NCBI RefSeq assembly: GCF_964204645.1
Contig: NC_134029.1
Span: 23,306,950 to 23,370,949 of the forward strand
Direction of reading: 5' to 3'
Length of the DNA: 64,000 nt
DNA from: Tubulanus polymorphus
Lineage: Eukaryota > Animalia > Nemertea
In this document: piece after piece, positions 25,501 through 37,834 of the stretch
Numbering within the stretch: the first letter of the stretch is position 1
Layout of the letters: each line of letters starts with the position of its first letter
The notes under the pieces: model-generated
What the model was told of the DNA's origin: nothing
The model's database searches: none
The model's input: only the letters and a program-made list of their open reading frames with translations
Made by a program: the position numbers and the translations under genes

Positions 25501-28500
25501 AAATTATGTAATTATGTACTTGTCTCGGGTGATATCTGTTACTTTACTTTCGCGTTGTACATATTCCCTGTGCTGCGTCGTCTATGTAGCCTTCATGATT
25601 CAATGTGTATCTACCGGCAGCAATAAAGATGATTTTCCAGTTTTATAATATAACACCCCTTCCTGCTGAAACCCTTTGATATTTCTTCGTACCCTAGATA
25701 TATATGAATACATGTTTATACCCTAAATGTGTAAAAGTTATTCTAGATGCTTCCAGAAAAGATGGCGCTACATTTGAAAAATCCCGCTATGACATCATAA
25801 TTCTTTGATACGTGATTATGTTCATTGCTGACGTAATTCTAAATGTGGCGGCCAGCTTTAGGTAGAACGATTTTAAACCAGGGTGGTGGTTGGTCTCGAA
25901 AAAACAGGGAATCAGAAAAATCTTCAGAAAATTTGAAATTTCAAGGGAATTTGTAAATCGAGTGGTCACCCTGTGTACTAGTTAGTTACCTAATCGTTGG
26001 TGGTAAGCTTTTTATAATCGGATGGGCTTATACCAACCATGTGGTTTGTGAAAATATCCGATCGTGAAACTAAACCACAGACAGGTTAATGACTACCTGT
26101 GTACGTAACTTCAACAAAAAAGTGCTGATCTCAAGTGTATCTCAAGTGAACCGCTGGAATAATGAATGAATCCATTACGCAATGCTGATATATATATATA
26201 TATAAATCATATTGTCTACTCTTGCAGCCTCCACCGACGACACCTGCCAGCGGTGAATTCAAACAACACAACCATCGATTCGCCATTCAACACGGTAAAG
26301 TACGCGATAACTCGGCTGAATTCCAGGCATTTAAACAACATTACTGCTTAACCTGGGGAAAGTAAGTATTAAGGTCGCGATAGATCAGATGGTCAAACTA
26401 GTCGGACTAGAGTCAAATATTGCTTGCGCTACACGTATTATATAATCTAGTAATCTTGGTCTTGCAGTATCGTCACAATGCTGAAACACCTGCAGAAAAT
26501 GTTGAACACCTACAATATACCGATAGCATTCGTCAATGGAGATGAGTGAGTTTAATTTATGAGTAACGAGGGAAATAGAATGAGTGAATAGAATATCGAT
26601 TACAATATTTCATTACATTTTTCAGAGTAGCCGATTTATCTTACGAATACGAACTCGAGAAATTGCCCACCGTAGATGATTTGTTGGGAGTTATTGTTAA
26701 TCGCGAGGATGTTGAAGCTCTTATGTACAAACCTGTAAGTTGATGTTTTTGCCCTAATAAGCTTTGGAAAAAGGGGTAAACTTATTACCTGAACTGCCAA
26801 CTGTTCTTGATTTTCAGTATTTTGTTACTATTTTATCTTTGAATTTTTGGATGCGTACAGAAATATGAAACAAATAACTGAGGGATTAATGTTGATTACT
26901 GATTAATTTCTTTCATATTTCAATGAGATGTTCCTGTAAAAAATTCAACTAATTACTGATAGAGGTTTAGCAGCCATGTAACATGAGTGACACTTATCAC
27001 ATTGTTGTGAATAATGGCGCACTTAAACTAAAGATGTTCTTATTATTGTTATTTGAATGAATTCAGGGCCAGAAATTCCTTGGAATCGGCGGTCGCGATC
27101 GCGCTGCTACGGTCATACAAGCGATGTATCGACGATACAAGGATCGTTCGTGGTACCTCAATTATCGACGCAGGAAGTGGGCGGCCGGAGTTATCGTTAT
27201 ATCGTGGGTGATGCATGTCAAAATGGCCGACGTTCGACGCGGTCTCAAACAAACCAGATTGGATCAACTCGAAAATTTCAGACAACGATCGAAGGTTGGT
27301 TTTCATGTTTAAAATGAACTTCAAATAAGAGAAAAACCCACGAAAGAAAAACTATGAAACAATCCTTGATTACCACAGCTGGCTCCTCATTGCTATGATA
27401 ATAATATTTATTTATTCGCCATATTCCTTTACAACATAAATGATATGTAATTACAAACGAGGCAAAACGTACATATGGTTACATGTATGCCGGTACATGG
27501 CTGGATGATTGGAAAGCCAATATAGAAACTGTGTCCACCAAGAAAAAAGAACCATCGGAACTTAATGAAAATTAAACCGATTGAAATGTGAATAAAAAGG
27601 GTCGCTGAGTGGAAGGGGGTAGTCTGTCTGTTGCAATAGTTTTAAATGCGCCGGTGTGCGATTCATTGATTCATGATGTATTTTTGAACCTGAAAAAAAA
27701 ACTGAAATCTTTTGCTTGAATTACGAGCAAATGACTGAGGAAGAGAATGAATATTTCTATTTCTCGTGTATGTTTTTCTTTCAGAAATTAGCGTTGTCGT
27801 GGGATCGAATTAAATCATCTCGTAGAGTTGTTATTCATATTCCGTCAATGGGTTATAACGATCGTATTCGCAGATCTATCGCTGATTTAGGCATTCGTCA
27901 AAATACACAAATGGCTCGACTTTGTCAATTAACAGGTAAATATTGCACGAAACTTCCGCAAAAAGAGTCATAAGAGAGGCTTTGCCTACTAGGTGAGGTT
28001 AAATGAGTAATCCAATAGGTTTAGTCTTGGGAAACCAAGATCCAAGCGACGTAAAGCCAAAACAAACGAACAAGGTTCATACTACTCGGTTCCTTGAAAT
28101 CTTAATTGATTTACAGGGACCTTAGATCTTAAAGAAATTACACTAAACTCTTTGGACTGGTTCTAGAGACTCTTATTACCTTTAACCCAGGGGTTAACTC
28201 AATTCATTATCAATTGAGTTAACCCAAAGGTAATGCCCGTCTATGAAACTGCTCCCTTAATTTTTGGGAAAGTTCTGAAAGGTTAACAATTATAGTTAGA
28301 GTTGCTGCCAATTTTCCTTCGCTCTTGTTTCGGCATCATTTGGTGAATGTATTTTTTTCTATTTAGATCCGAATGTAGATGTAATATACGTTTGTCCGGT
28401 GACGATGAACGACGAAACTTTACAATATTACGATAAACTGATCAGTCTTAAAGGTGCTATAAACTCGGGTAATGTTGAAGATCAAGCCGACCTACAAGAA

Positions 28501-31500
28501 CGATACAAGATCATCGTCCCCGACGCGATCAAAAGTTTCCCTGTACGTATAAATCTTCCTTCTAATCTCCGTGGGATAGAAATTGTAGCGACGATAGTTA
28601 ATCTTCTGCTTAAAAACACTGATCCAGAGAATGCTATTCAATTCGCTAAATGTTAAGTTCATTCGTTACAGGCCCATAAAATGTGTTTGTCCACTCATCT
28701 TAAATACAGTCCTAGAGCGATCAGCAGGATTAAAAATCTTGTCCGCGGCAGAAATGCTTACATCGTTCCAGGTATGTTAAACTTTCTGTTAACTACTCAA
28801 TCCAGTTCCACATTTCTCCTTAAAATTTGACTGTATTACTGGGCCCAGTTCCACAGTCACGAGTTAGAGTTAACTCTGAGTCAAAATTAGTTCATTTTCA
28901 ATGAGTTAACTCAGGGTCAAATCTTAACTCCAAACTGTGGAACTGGACCCTGGTTATTCAGTTGCACAAGTGGGTACAGGTTAGCAGCCCTGTAAGTAAC
29001 AAATGTGTAAACTGTATTTTTAGGTATTCCTCATCAGGATGATTTGGCTGTAGCTGATTATTTAGGAGTACCTATGCTCGCTCCTGAACCGGACGTTGCT
29101 CATCTTTACTCAACAAAATCTGGTTCGAAACGAATATTCTCGAGCGCCGGTGTAACAATGCCTCCCGGTGAATACGACATTTACAGCTTACCTCAGGTTC
29201 GTTAGCTTCTTACGAGAATTTTCCATCTAGAGTTTGAAAATGAATTGACTGGGTTTACTCTGTAGTGAGTCTGACAAATTATGAATATTTTGGGAAAACT
29301 AGGATAGGCCCTGTTTAGCTTGTTCATTTCAGGTAAAATCCTGAAAGTTCACAAATTTTATTGCGGCCTATTGCGTCTTTCCAATTACAACAAGTCATAA
29401 GTTTCTGTCAATATGAATTTCTCCTAAGTTGATCACAAAACGCATATTCTTATTTCATGGATTCATCACTGGTGAAAAATGGCAGCAAATCTTGCTGACT
29501 TTTGACTGAAAAGTGGTGACTTTAGTCGCAAACCCTGATTAATAATCGATCGTTGTTTTGTATAAACAGTTGCAGGAATGTTTGGCTCAGCTTGTCACCG
29601 AGAATCTAAACGTTCAACGATGGTTAATGAAATTAGACTGCGAGTTCGACGGTCGAGGCATCGCTTATATCGACGTTACTGAACATCTGAAATGTTACAA
29701 CTGGGCCGTGAAAGAGTCGCAGAGATACGGCGAGAAATGGAGTAAAAAATGGGCGCAGGTAATGTTTACCTACACAATTCTTTTAATTTTCAGAATGCCC
29801 AATTCTTTATCCCCCCCTCATGGATGCATATGTTTGGTTCTATAAATGGCTCTTTTTATATTGATTCTTTGATGATTTCACATTGTATGTTTTAGGAACC
29901 TGCGTATATGAGGATTTTAGCCGAAATACCCGATATACTTGATAAATTCGCCGTGCCTGCTGATAAAGATATCTTTCCGACGTGGGAAAAATTCATCGAA
30001 GCTTTCCTTAGTCAAGGTATGTTCTCCTCTATTAATCTATTTTATGATTCTATTCGGCCTGATGGTTTGCTGGTTTTTGCTGGTTTTCAATTTTAAGTTA
30101 CGTTGAGTCAGATCTCAAAAAAGTTGGTTAGTTGACATAGTAACGATTAGAATTTCATTTTTACTATGGTATTTCTCGCCGATAATGTTAAACCAACTTT
30201 TTAGCAACCGGCCCAAGGCTATTACAAAAGCTTGTAGCTCCTGAGGATGTATATGCGGTATGACATCTTATGATGATAATTTTCCTAATTATCGGTTGTA
30301 TATATTTTCTAGGTGGTATTGTTGAGGCGTGTCCTCCGTCTGAAAGTGTCACCACTCTAACCGTAGATATGTTAATCGAACCTAACGGTCATATTGAAAT
30401 GGTAAACATGGGTGATCAGATACACGCGAGTTCTCCATTCAGATGTTGGGGTTTATCCGTGCCTCAGTCGTCTGTCGAAGCCGACCAACTGAATAAAATC
30501 TGTTACGATGTCGCGGATGCTTGCAAGTCACGAGGGGTTGTCGGTTATTTCTCGGTGGATTTCGCGACGTTTATTGATCCTGTATCAGTGAGTATAGAAA
30601 CGTTTATGAATCGTAGAATCTAACATTTTCAGCGTTCAATGCGGGGGTCTTATAATTCTGAAAAATTCTAAATTGAGGGAATTGTATAAAATGGCCTGCT
30701 ATGCAGAAGTGCTTATTTTTATCCCTTCATGCAATTATATGTACTTTAAAGTGCTAAATCTCATTTACTCGGCCGTTTTAAAAACCAAAGCCTCGCATGA
30801 ATCATTTGTGGTAAAAGAGCAGATCAGCTCTTCTCTCATAACTGACAAAATCGATTGCATTAAAAACCACTGTGTCTGACTGAGAATGTCTCTAGAAATC
30901 AAATGCAGTAGTTTATTTCATGATATGACCACCAGAAAACAATCAACAAAAGGCTTAACTTGAATAATGAAAATGTTTTTAAACGTGAGGCTAGAAGATA
31001 CACAATATCCGTGTATGATGATACCGAGAGAAATCCCACAATAACGAAGCCAAGATTGAAAAATTCTATATCAGAATGATTATATCAATTATAATCATTC
31101 TGATATAGAATTTTTCAATCTTGGCTTCGTTATTGTGGGATTTTAAACGTGCTTGAATATGAATGTAGATTCATCATATCTATGAACCCTGGATTTTGAT
31201 TAGTCTTTGCGAATCCTTAAACAAAGCCTATGTCTATTTGATTTTACTTGAATTCTTAAATTACTCAGTCCGTTGTGCGTGAATTAAAATGATTTACACT
31301 TTTTCTTTCGCAGATGGATCAAAAATTGTGGGCAATTGATCTGAGTTTGTGTTACAGCGATCACCTAGCGATGACTCAGATGATGAAATTCGTAACTAAC
31401 GCGACGCTGGATACGAAAAATCACACGTTAGACGTTCCTTTACCTCCGAAAGAAGAGAAAAAACCGGCCAAGGGTCGATGGAAATATCTGAAAAAAGTCG

Positions 31501-32367
31501 ACGAAGAAGAAGAGGTACGTTTAGCGGGAAATAGCGGAATATTTGCGGGTGCGAATCTACAATGATTTCTGATCTATTTTCAGCCTCCAAATACGACGCG
31601 TTTTGCTATTACGAGCACCAGACTTCTTCATACAAACCTCGCCGTCGTTCACTACAGCGTATTCTTCCAGATGTGTAGAGCTCACGGTATCGGTTTCGAT
31701 GTTAAGGTAATGAAATTATCATAGTTTTACACATACATGATTTGTCTTTTAGCGTTCAAATCGCTCGGTAAAAGACTTTAATAAACTCATCGCTGTTTGT
31801 TTTTTTTTTTTTCACAGGAAAAACAAGGTACGATGTTCACGCTTATCGACAGTTTTCACAGAGAAAATATGGGCATGCTGTAAGTACAATACTTCAATTA
31901 CAATTACTGGATTACTGCTATTACAATTACGTTACTTCGATTCTCAACTCGGTGAAATATTTACACGAATAAGGCAGAGTTGACTGCATTTACAAGGTTA
32001 AGTGTCTAGTAGAACATGTACATGTTAGTAGGTGATATTAATGCATTTGTCAATTTCACTTCAGGACGATTGGAGACAATTTGCAAGGTGCATTAGCGAC
32101 GTTTGCGCGAAACTTATCCATCATACACCAGGAGATATCTGCTCCAAACATGCAAGGCACGAGTAATTTCCAGGTAAATTAAAACTCAAATAGACGACTC
32201 CTTCAAAAAAATCTTAGCCATCGTTGCAACATTAGTACCCGGTATAAGAATTGACTGAATGCATTTTTCTATTTGTCTAGGCTGCTATTGAGGATATTGA
32301 AGGTATTCTGGGAACTACAATCGAAAATGCCGGACAAGAATCATCTGATGACGAATCCGAAACTTGA
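19562..32367 (+). CDS. IQCH: IQ motif-containing protein H, ~24 coding exons (first 19562-19636, second 20778-20894, IQ exon ~27066-27294, last 32281-32367)
   Basis: VGELLIR|[25 protein letters not shown] resembles the IQCH N-terminus. Further matches: [18 protein letters not shown] motif [87 protein letters not shown]. Confidence 0.93.
20086..20712. repeat. 33-bp minisatellite, 19 copies, in IQCH intron 1
   Basis: Unit GATAGCTT(G/A)CAGCTACATGCACTGTCAAAGGAA; 627 bp = 19 x 33. Confidence 0.98.
20921..21171. mobile_element. piggyBac-type MITE in IQCH intron 2
   Basis: TTAA|CCCTTTC ... GAAAGGG|TTAA; internal palindromic TACACCGC..GCGGTGTA motifs. Confidence 0.8.
21803..21950. repeat. 29-30 bp minisatellite, ~5 copies
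   Basis: Unit GCAAATTTCAGTTTGGAGCTT(T)GTGTCCCG. Confidence 0.95.
22135..22323. mobile_element. Hairpin/foldback element with ~90 bp arms, probably a MITE
   Basis: TATCCCACAATCAAGAGATCGAAAAGTCTTTTAAAAATATCGAAACGTTAAAA.. is mirrored by ..TTTTAACGTTTCGATATTTTTAAAAGACTTTTCGATCTCGTAACTGTGGGATA. Confidence 0.75.
23875..24275. repeat. Compound minisatellite with units of roughly 30-36 bp
   Basis: Recurrent TAGCTATATCT(CT/GTTT)AGAAG(C/T)AGTTTGAA(ATTGTCTTT/CTTA). Confidence 0.93.
25979..26095. mobile_element. 117-bp MITE with a 9-bp TSD (Mutator-like geometry)
   Basis: CCTGTGTAC|TAGTTAGTTACCT ... AGGTTAATGACTA|CCTGTGTAC; homologous to the ends of 36988-37834. Confidence 0.9.
27400..27690 (-). mobile_element. 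Probable 3' tail of a CR1/L2-type LINE
   Basis: On the minus strand a FKT-like ORF end is followed by a 3'UTR ending GGCGAATAAATAAATATTATTAT. Confidence 0.45.
28842..28949. mobile_element. PIF/Harbinger-like MITE with a 3-bp CTG TSD
   Basis: CTG|GGCCCAGTTCCACAGT ... ACTGTGGAACTGGACC|CTG. Relatives lie at ~35118-35213 and ~6168-6286. Confidence 0.75.
31031..31143. repeat. Perfect inverted repeat, 54-bp arms with a 5-nt loop
   Basis: AAATCCCACAATAACGAAGCCAAGATTGAAAAATTCTATATCAGAATGATTATA-TCAAT-exact reverse complement. Confidence 0.95.
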
Positions 32368-34788
32368 TTTACAACAAAATAATAAAAACTAAACTGAGTG
32401 CCAAAAAATAAATAGATACCGTTATAATTCTGTTATTGAGTCAGTGGGACTAGTCAGTGCTCCCTAAATCTTATATCTATTATTTTTCCTCCTCACTATA
32501 AAAGGCATTCAGTCAAATGGTTAGTTTAATGATGTCTCTACGACAAACGTTGGAAATAAGAAGCCTATTATCATCAGTTCAGACATGAGATATTTAATCA
32601 TGTTTGAATGAATGTCGAATACTATACATCTGTTTGCTTGACAGCTTTAGGTTCAATCCAGTCCTTATCGCCATTTGTAGTAAATTTTTAGAGTAGTTTT
32701 TGCCATATTGTGCAATGAAAATCAATCGATAGTTTTAGATGGTTTTTTCTGATTCAGTGCATTATATTATACAATGTACTTTCATTCCGTCCAATGTTGT
32801 CTTCAAATGTGGATAAATTTACAAGGTTTTTGAAAGTAATTCTTTAACTATCTCTATTATATTTACTAGATCATTATATGTTTTATGAAAAGATGCTGTT
32901 GTCATTTTGAAAATTGTTTGTACAAAATATATGAAAGTTATTGTAAATAAAATCAGTCTGCTTGAAACTAGAATTCATGAATTCAATTTGTTTTTGATCT
33001 GGTAGTTTGTAATTCTTTGCCAACGCATACATGTAGTAGGAGTTGACAAAGGCTGTGAATATACGATCATTGTCGCGAGTAATTCCATATGTTCATGCAT
33101 GAGTTCACTTAGTAAGTACCCAGTAGTCCATTCCAGCGTGGTGTATGTCTTCATGACAGGCGTTACCGAGGCGACATGAAATTCCTTTGTCGTTTGTCGT
33201 TATGCCTCGGTGAACAGTGACTCAGCCTACAACAGTTGAGTGGGCTTTGAAAATCACTCGTTCAATTTGGTCCTACTCAAAAAATTGAATCACAAATTTT
33301 GGAACACGCAATTTTTTTCTGCTGTGCCTCACGATGCATTTCAAATTTTTTCAGAAAGAAAACTCATTTCAACGATCAATAGAATAATTTATTGGATCAC
33401 AGGATTTATTGATCACATACTGACTAAAACTTCACACAATTACTGCTACTTTGTAGTAAATGCACTAAAAATAATAACGTATTAATACAACATATTGTAC
33501 TATTTTAGTACTAGGAAATTTTACCTATTTCAGGTTTAGTAACAATAACAATATAACAGTGTACATTAAATACTGGAAGATTAATTATATACATGCAATA
33601 TAGTGCCAGAGATAAGATCTTGGATAAACCCTAACAAAGTGACTGAACATACCACATTTACCAGTAGACTTTATAGGTACTGAGCGGCTATGTTGTAGAT
33701 TAGGGCCCAGTCAGATTTAGTGAGGCCTAAGCCAGTGCAAATGCTTGTCAATACCGAAGTCAATTTTGATATGCCACAACCTAGAAATGCGTGAGTGGCA
33801 GAAGCATGTGCAATAAGCTCATAGAGGCTTTAAAATGTTCAGAACATCGTAATCTAAAAGCACCTGGGTATTTGATTCATTTTAGTACCTACATAGGAAA
33901 AACTAGGTAAAATCTTAAGTGTTAGGATACAAAATTCAGCACAATCATACAGAAAGCCACATCGAGCAAATTTGAGCAAATAAGAAAGCGATAATCATTG
34001 GAAAACTAGGCAAGATCACTTAATACTTTTAATCACAATTACACAAAGGAACAAGAGATTACAACAACTTTTACTTCATCGGTGTAAAGCATTTCAAAAT
34101 TGAGATCAAATAAAGCAACTTTCTATACACTAACTGTATCGCTAGGAAGATATATCCATCTTTATGAATTACAGTTTTTTTCATAGAAGCAGATTTTAAT
34201 CTAAAATTGCATTGTAATCGCAAATATATATCCCCTTGGGATATCGGGATTCAAACCAGTTAGGATCCGCTTGAAATCTTAGCGAGGGAGGAGGATACTT
34301 CAACAATGTAACGTTGGTAGTATTCTTTGTTCAATTGGGGATTTCATTCACACTTAAAGCCTACAAATAAACAGCATGCACGCACATGCTCTCCACTCTA
34401 TTTGTTCGATTGGCAAGAAGCACAGGGTTCATAGTGTCCATGACCAACAATCTCATTTTATGACTTTCAAGGACTTTTTTGACTCTTGATTCCAGACTTA
34501 TATATAATTGTCATGCTTAAGCCAGGAATCGTGAGATCTACATTTTCCAGGCATCCTTATAATCGGTAGATTTTAAGAGCTTTAACAGTGAACTACTTGG
34601 ATCGTGGATCTGCAGATGATAACTACCAGTAATGACTGATGACATTCAATGATTTACGGATTTCAGAGACCATTCTTATGATACTCAAGGCCTTGAATTG
34701 ACCCGTTCCCATTGCTAAACTTTCAAGGACTGCTATGAACCCTGGAAGCTTATGGATGTCCGTGACTTGGCTATTACTCGATGGAAAA

Positions 34789-36238
34789 TCACCGTTCTTC
34801 AGAATCGGAAGAGATGAAAAACTTCACTCTTTGATCGACAGTTTTAACGACGCGATCGAGACATTGCGCAAGAGCTTCATTATCACCGTCATTACTGATT
34901 ATAAAATCCCACGAGACGCCGCTATCGAGACCACACTCTGATTCAGCATCATCAATTCCTGAAAATATCAGATCATCATCAATTACTGATTTGAGTTACA
35001 ATCTTTTGACAGTTCCTATGGTCAAATCCCTCAAAGCAAGAAATAAGTTAAATTTTCTCCTTCAGACATTTACTGCTTTAGAGTTAAGTGTGAACAATCT
35101 CTTTTAGAAAGTGAACGGGATCCAGTTCCGCAGCTAAAGAGTTAAAGTAAACTCTCGAGTCAAAATTAGTTTATTTTCAATGAGTTTAAACCTTTAATCA
35201 GATCTGTGGAACTACTGTTTATTTTGGTGTGGACGGTCAGTTTTCAAAATGTCTGGTGTTTGTAGTTCATTTTCAATTTGTCTCAGGTGAACCACTGGCA
35301 CTGAACAGATATTCAATGTGTGGATGATCAGTTTTCAAAATGCCGAAAATTTGACTAAATCTAATGTCAATTGGGCCATTGTTAAGTTGTTAAGTTAATC
35401 AATGGACAAATGCCACGGTGACAACTTAAGTTTTTTTGAACTGGGATCGGTGTTGTTAGCGTAGTTCGATGTCTGAGGGGAAACACAAGCCTTGAACTCT
35501 AAAACCCACCTTTAACGAACCCCCATCCTCGAGTTTTACGCACTTCCTCACTCGCCACTACCCGCACCGTGTAGGTGTGAGTCGGATAATTGTCTTTGAA
35601 ATATTGCACGTCTGATTTCCGTCTGGCGTCTGTAATAATCCACAGGGGTTTATCGCTGTTCTCGTCGTCTAACGTCGCGATACGACAGAAAAATCCCGGA
35701 TCCTTCACACGTTTCGATTCGCCCCATTTTATCATCGAATCTCGGTACATTTCTTTATATTCCGAAGCATCGAGCAGCTTTTCATAGTCGAGATGATTCG
35801 CCTGAAATGATAATCACTCGTGAATGATCTGGAATAAATTTATCCGAATGATACTTCGATCTGTTTGCTCTCTCTCTCTCTTACCACAGCATATTGCTTT
35901 TTAAGTGGACCAGACAGCCTCATTACCGCACATCTAGCTTCCCCGATACTAAAATTAAGGATGAAAACATACTATATATGATATACAACTCAACACAGAA
36001 AATTCACCAGGAGATGCTGCCACCTTGTGGTGAAATATTGCAAACCGCTAGTATTAATCATGTTTCTGTAGATTTAACTGTAATCCCTACCCTCCCTACA
36101 CAATCAATTAACGAAACGAAACGAACATAGAAGTTCTCAATACACTCACCGTTTTTGAAGATCTAGAGCCACGTAATCTTTGCCTGCTTTCCTTTTTCCG
36201 CTAAAAAGTAGTATAGCTACTGGTTCGCGTTCCACCAT
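34789..36238 (-). CDS. PMVK: Phosphomevalonate kinase (animal type). Exons ~36238-36150, 35949-35886, 35801-35510, 34958-34789
   Basis: MVEREPVAILLFSGKRKAGKDYV..R|IGEARCAVMRLSGPLKKQYAV|..YKEMYRDSMIKWGESKRVKDPGFFCR..WIITDARRKSD..RGWGFVKG|IDDAESECGLD; colinear with human PMVK motifs. Confidence 0.95.
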
Positions 36239-36273
36239 CTTGTCAACATAGGCGCTACGCATAGATGGCAGCA
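36015..36273. promoter_or_regulatory. Two CTCF-like motifs, in PMVK intron 1 and just upstream of the ATG
   Basis: Reverse-complement CCACAAGGTGGCAGCA (36015-36030) and CGCATAGATGGCAGCA (36258-36273) resemble the CTCF core consensus. Motif match only. Confidence 0.35.
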
Positions 36274-36718
36274 CTATACGGGTCGGACTGAAGAGGGTAG
36301 CTCCGACAATTTCCACACGTTTGCTTTTTGTGACGGTCATGCTAAACACCACCAGGAACCGTCAGAACCTTCAGAAAGGAAGACCGGGAAGACCGTCAGG
36401 ACACCGTCTTGAACTCACGGGCTCCCTCCAAGTAATTAAAAATGCCTCATATATCTCACCTCAATTGAATCGAGGAGTTTTTTTAAATGAAAATCTGTCT
36501 ATTGACGGGATTCTGTGATAACAGTATGAATGATGAATAATCGTGAATACATGAGGCGTTTTTCGAGCCGATTCGAGATTAGGTCGATTAGCTATTATGC
36601 GCAGTTTGTGAGCCAAGGTGTTTAGGCTAATCGGTACATTTGTGAGACGATTTACATAAACTGGTTGGCAAATTCTCATAATCGTCCCAGACCGATTAGA
36701 CCGGTTTTCAATCAAAAA

Positions 36719-36982
36719 TTAAAATGGCGGAGGAGTGAATTCTTCTTCGTTATATTGTTCAACAGTTTTTTCAACATAATCATTAATCCGTTTATATGTT
36801 TTTATATGTTTCATTCTTTCTGTTTCAAAAAATATACTGGAACTCGTAGGACATAACAGATTATTTCTGACTGCTGTAATCTTCCCATTTTTATTTTGGT
36901 CTGGGTATTTGTCAGTTTTCAGCAGCTCATTGATAATAAGAAGCGCTGAACTCTTTTTCTTGTTGTCCATGGAGGCAGCCAT
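36719..36982 (-). pseudogene. N-terminal remnant of a Harbinger-type transposase
   Basis: RINDYVEKTVEQYNEEEF followed by a frameshifted LRHF resembles the Harbinger transposase N-terminal helix (..YVExxVxxYxxxxFxxHFR). No DDE domain follows. Confidence 0.55.
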
Positions 36983-36987
36983 GTTAC

Positions 36988-37834
36988 TAGTCAGTAACCT
37001 GTCTGTGGTTTAGTTTCACAATCGGATATTTTCACAAACCACAGTCAGGAATGGGAAGGTCATTTTTGTATGAAATCTTCGTCAGCCAATTTGGCTGACG
37101 AGTAATTTGCCTGGCATTTCATTGTCTCTTAAGATATCCGTCTATTTTTTGTTGTAATCGACGCACAACAGATTCGTAGTTTGTCTGATACCTATAACAC
37201 CTCACCTGACGATCTTAATCCATGTGCTAATCGGCCGTAAAGTGAGAGTAAATTTCCGTCGGGTCAACAGCTGCCATTTTGAAAATTACTGGAGGTGCTG
37301 GCACCTGTGGGTTGAGGCGAGGACAACAGCACAAACTAACGAAGCGAAACGACGAAATTGAAAAAAATTAAGAAATCAACACTTATTCACATTTTTCTTT
37401 TACCAGAATTTATTATTTCATGATTTATTATGGAAAACACGAAGATTTGAAATATAAGTTGGAAAACCATCAAAAATAAAAATTGTCGTTTCGTCTCGGA
37501 AGTTTTATATAAATCCTTGTAGGTCCCCTTGTCTTATCATGCCACATGTGCAATACAGAGAAATGGCGGCCAATGGCGAAATTGGTGGAGAAATTAATTA
37601 ATTTCTCAAAATTATGTTGATTAACCACTCGAAACATACATAAAATTGGATTATTTCGAAAGGTACCTGTGTTAGTTTGTGAATTAAGCCATTAATTGTG
37701 GACTGAAGTGAATAGAAAGTATACTTTTGAAGTGTTACTTTTTTCAACCGTGTTTTGGTCCTTGTCATCCCTAACGTTGGTATAAGCCCATCCGATTATA
37801 AAAAGCTTACCACCAACGATTAGGTAACTAACTA
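36988..37834. mobile_element. Long form (847 bp) of the 9-bp-TSD element, inserted just upstream of the transposase-remnant ATG
   Basis: CCATGTTAC|TAGTCAGTAACCT ... AGGTAACTAACTA|CCATGTTAC. Both ends match the reverse complement of 25979-26095. The extra ~730 bp interior is bounded by CAGGAATGGGAAGG..CCTTGTCATCCCTA. Confidence 0.9.

Noticed and set aside
25879-25973. A fourth CAGGG..CCCTG MITE with a 5-bp TSD
   Set aside because: The ends look hAT-like but the flanks (TAAAC / TGTAC) do not match, so it was not counted as support.
36239-36352. N-terminal extension of PMVK suggested by the ORF track
   Set aside because: It starts at a non-ATG codon inside the transposon TIR; homology begins at MVEREPV.
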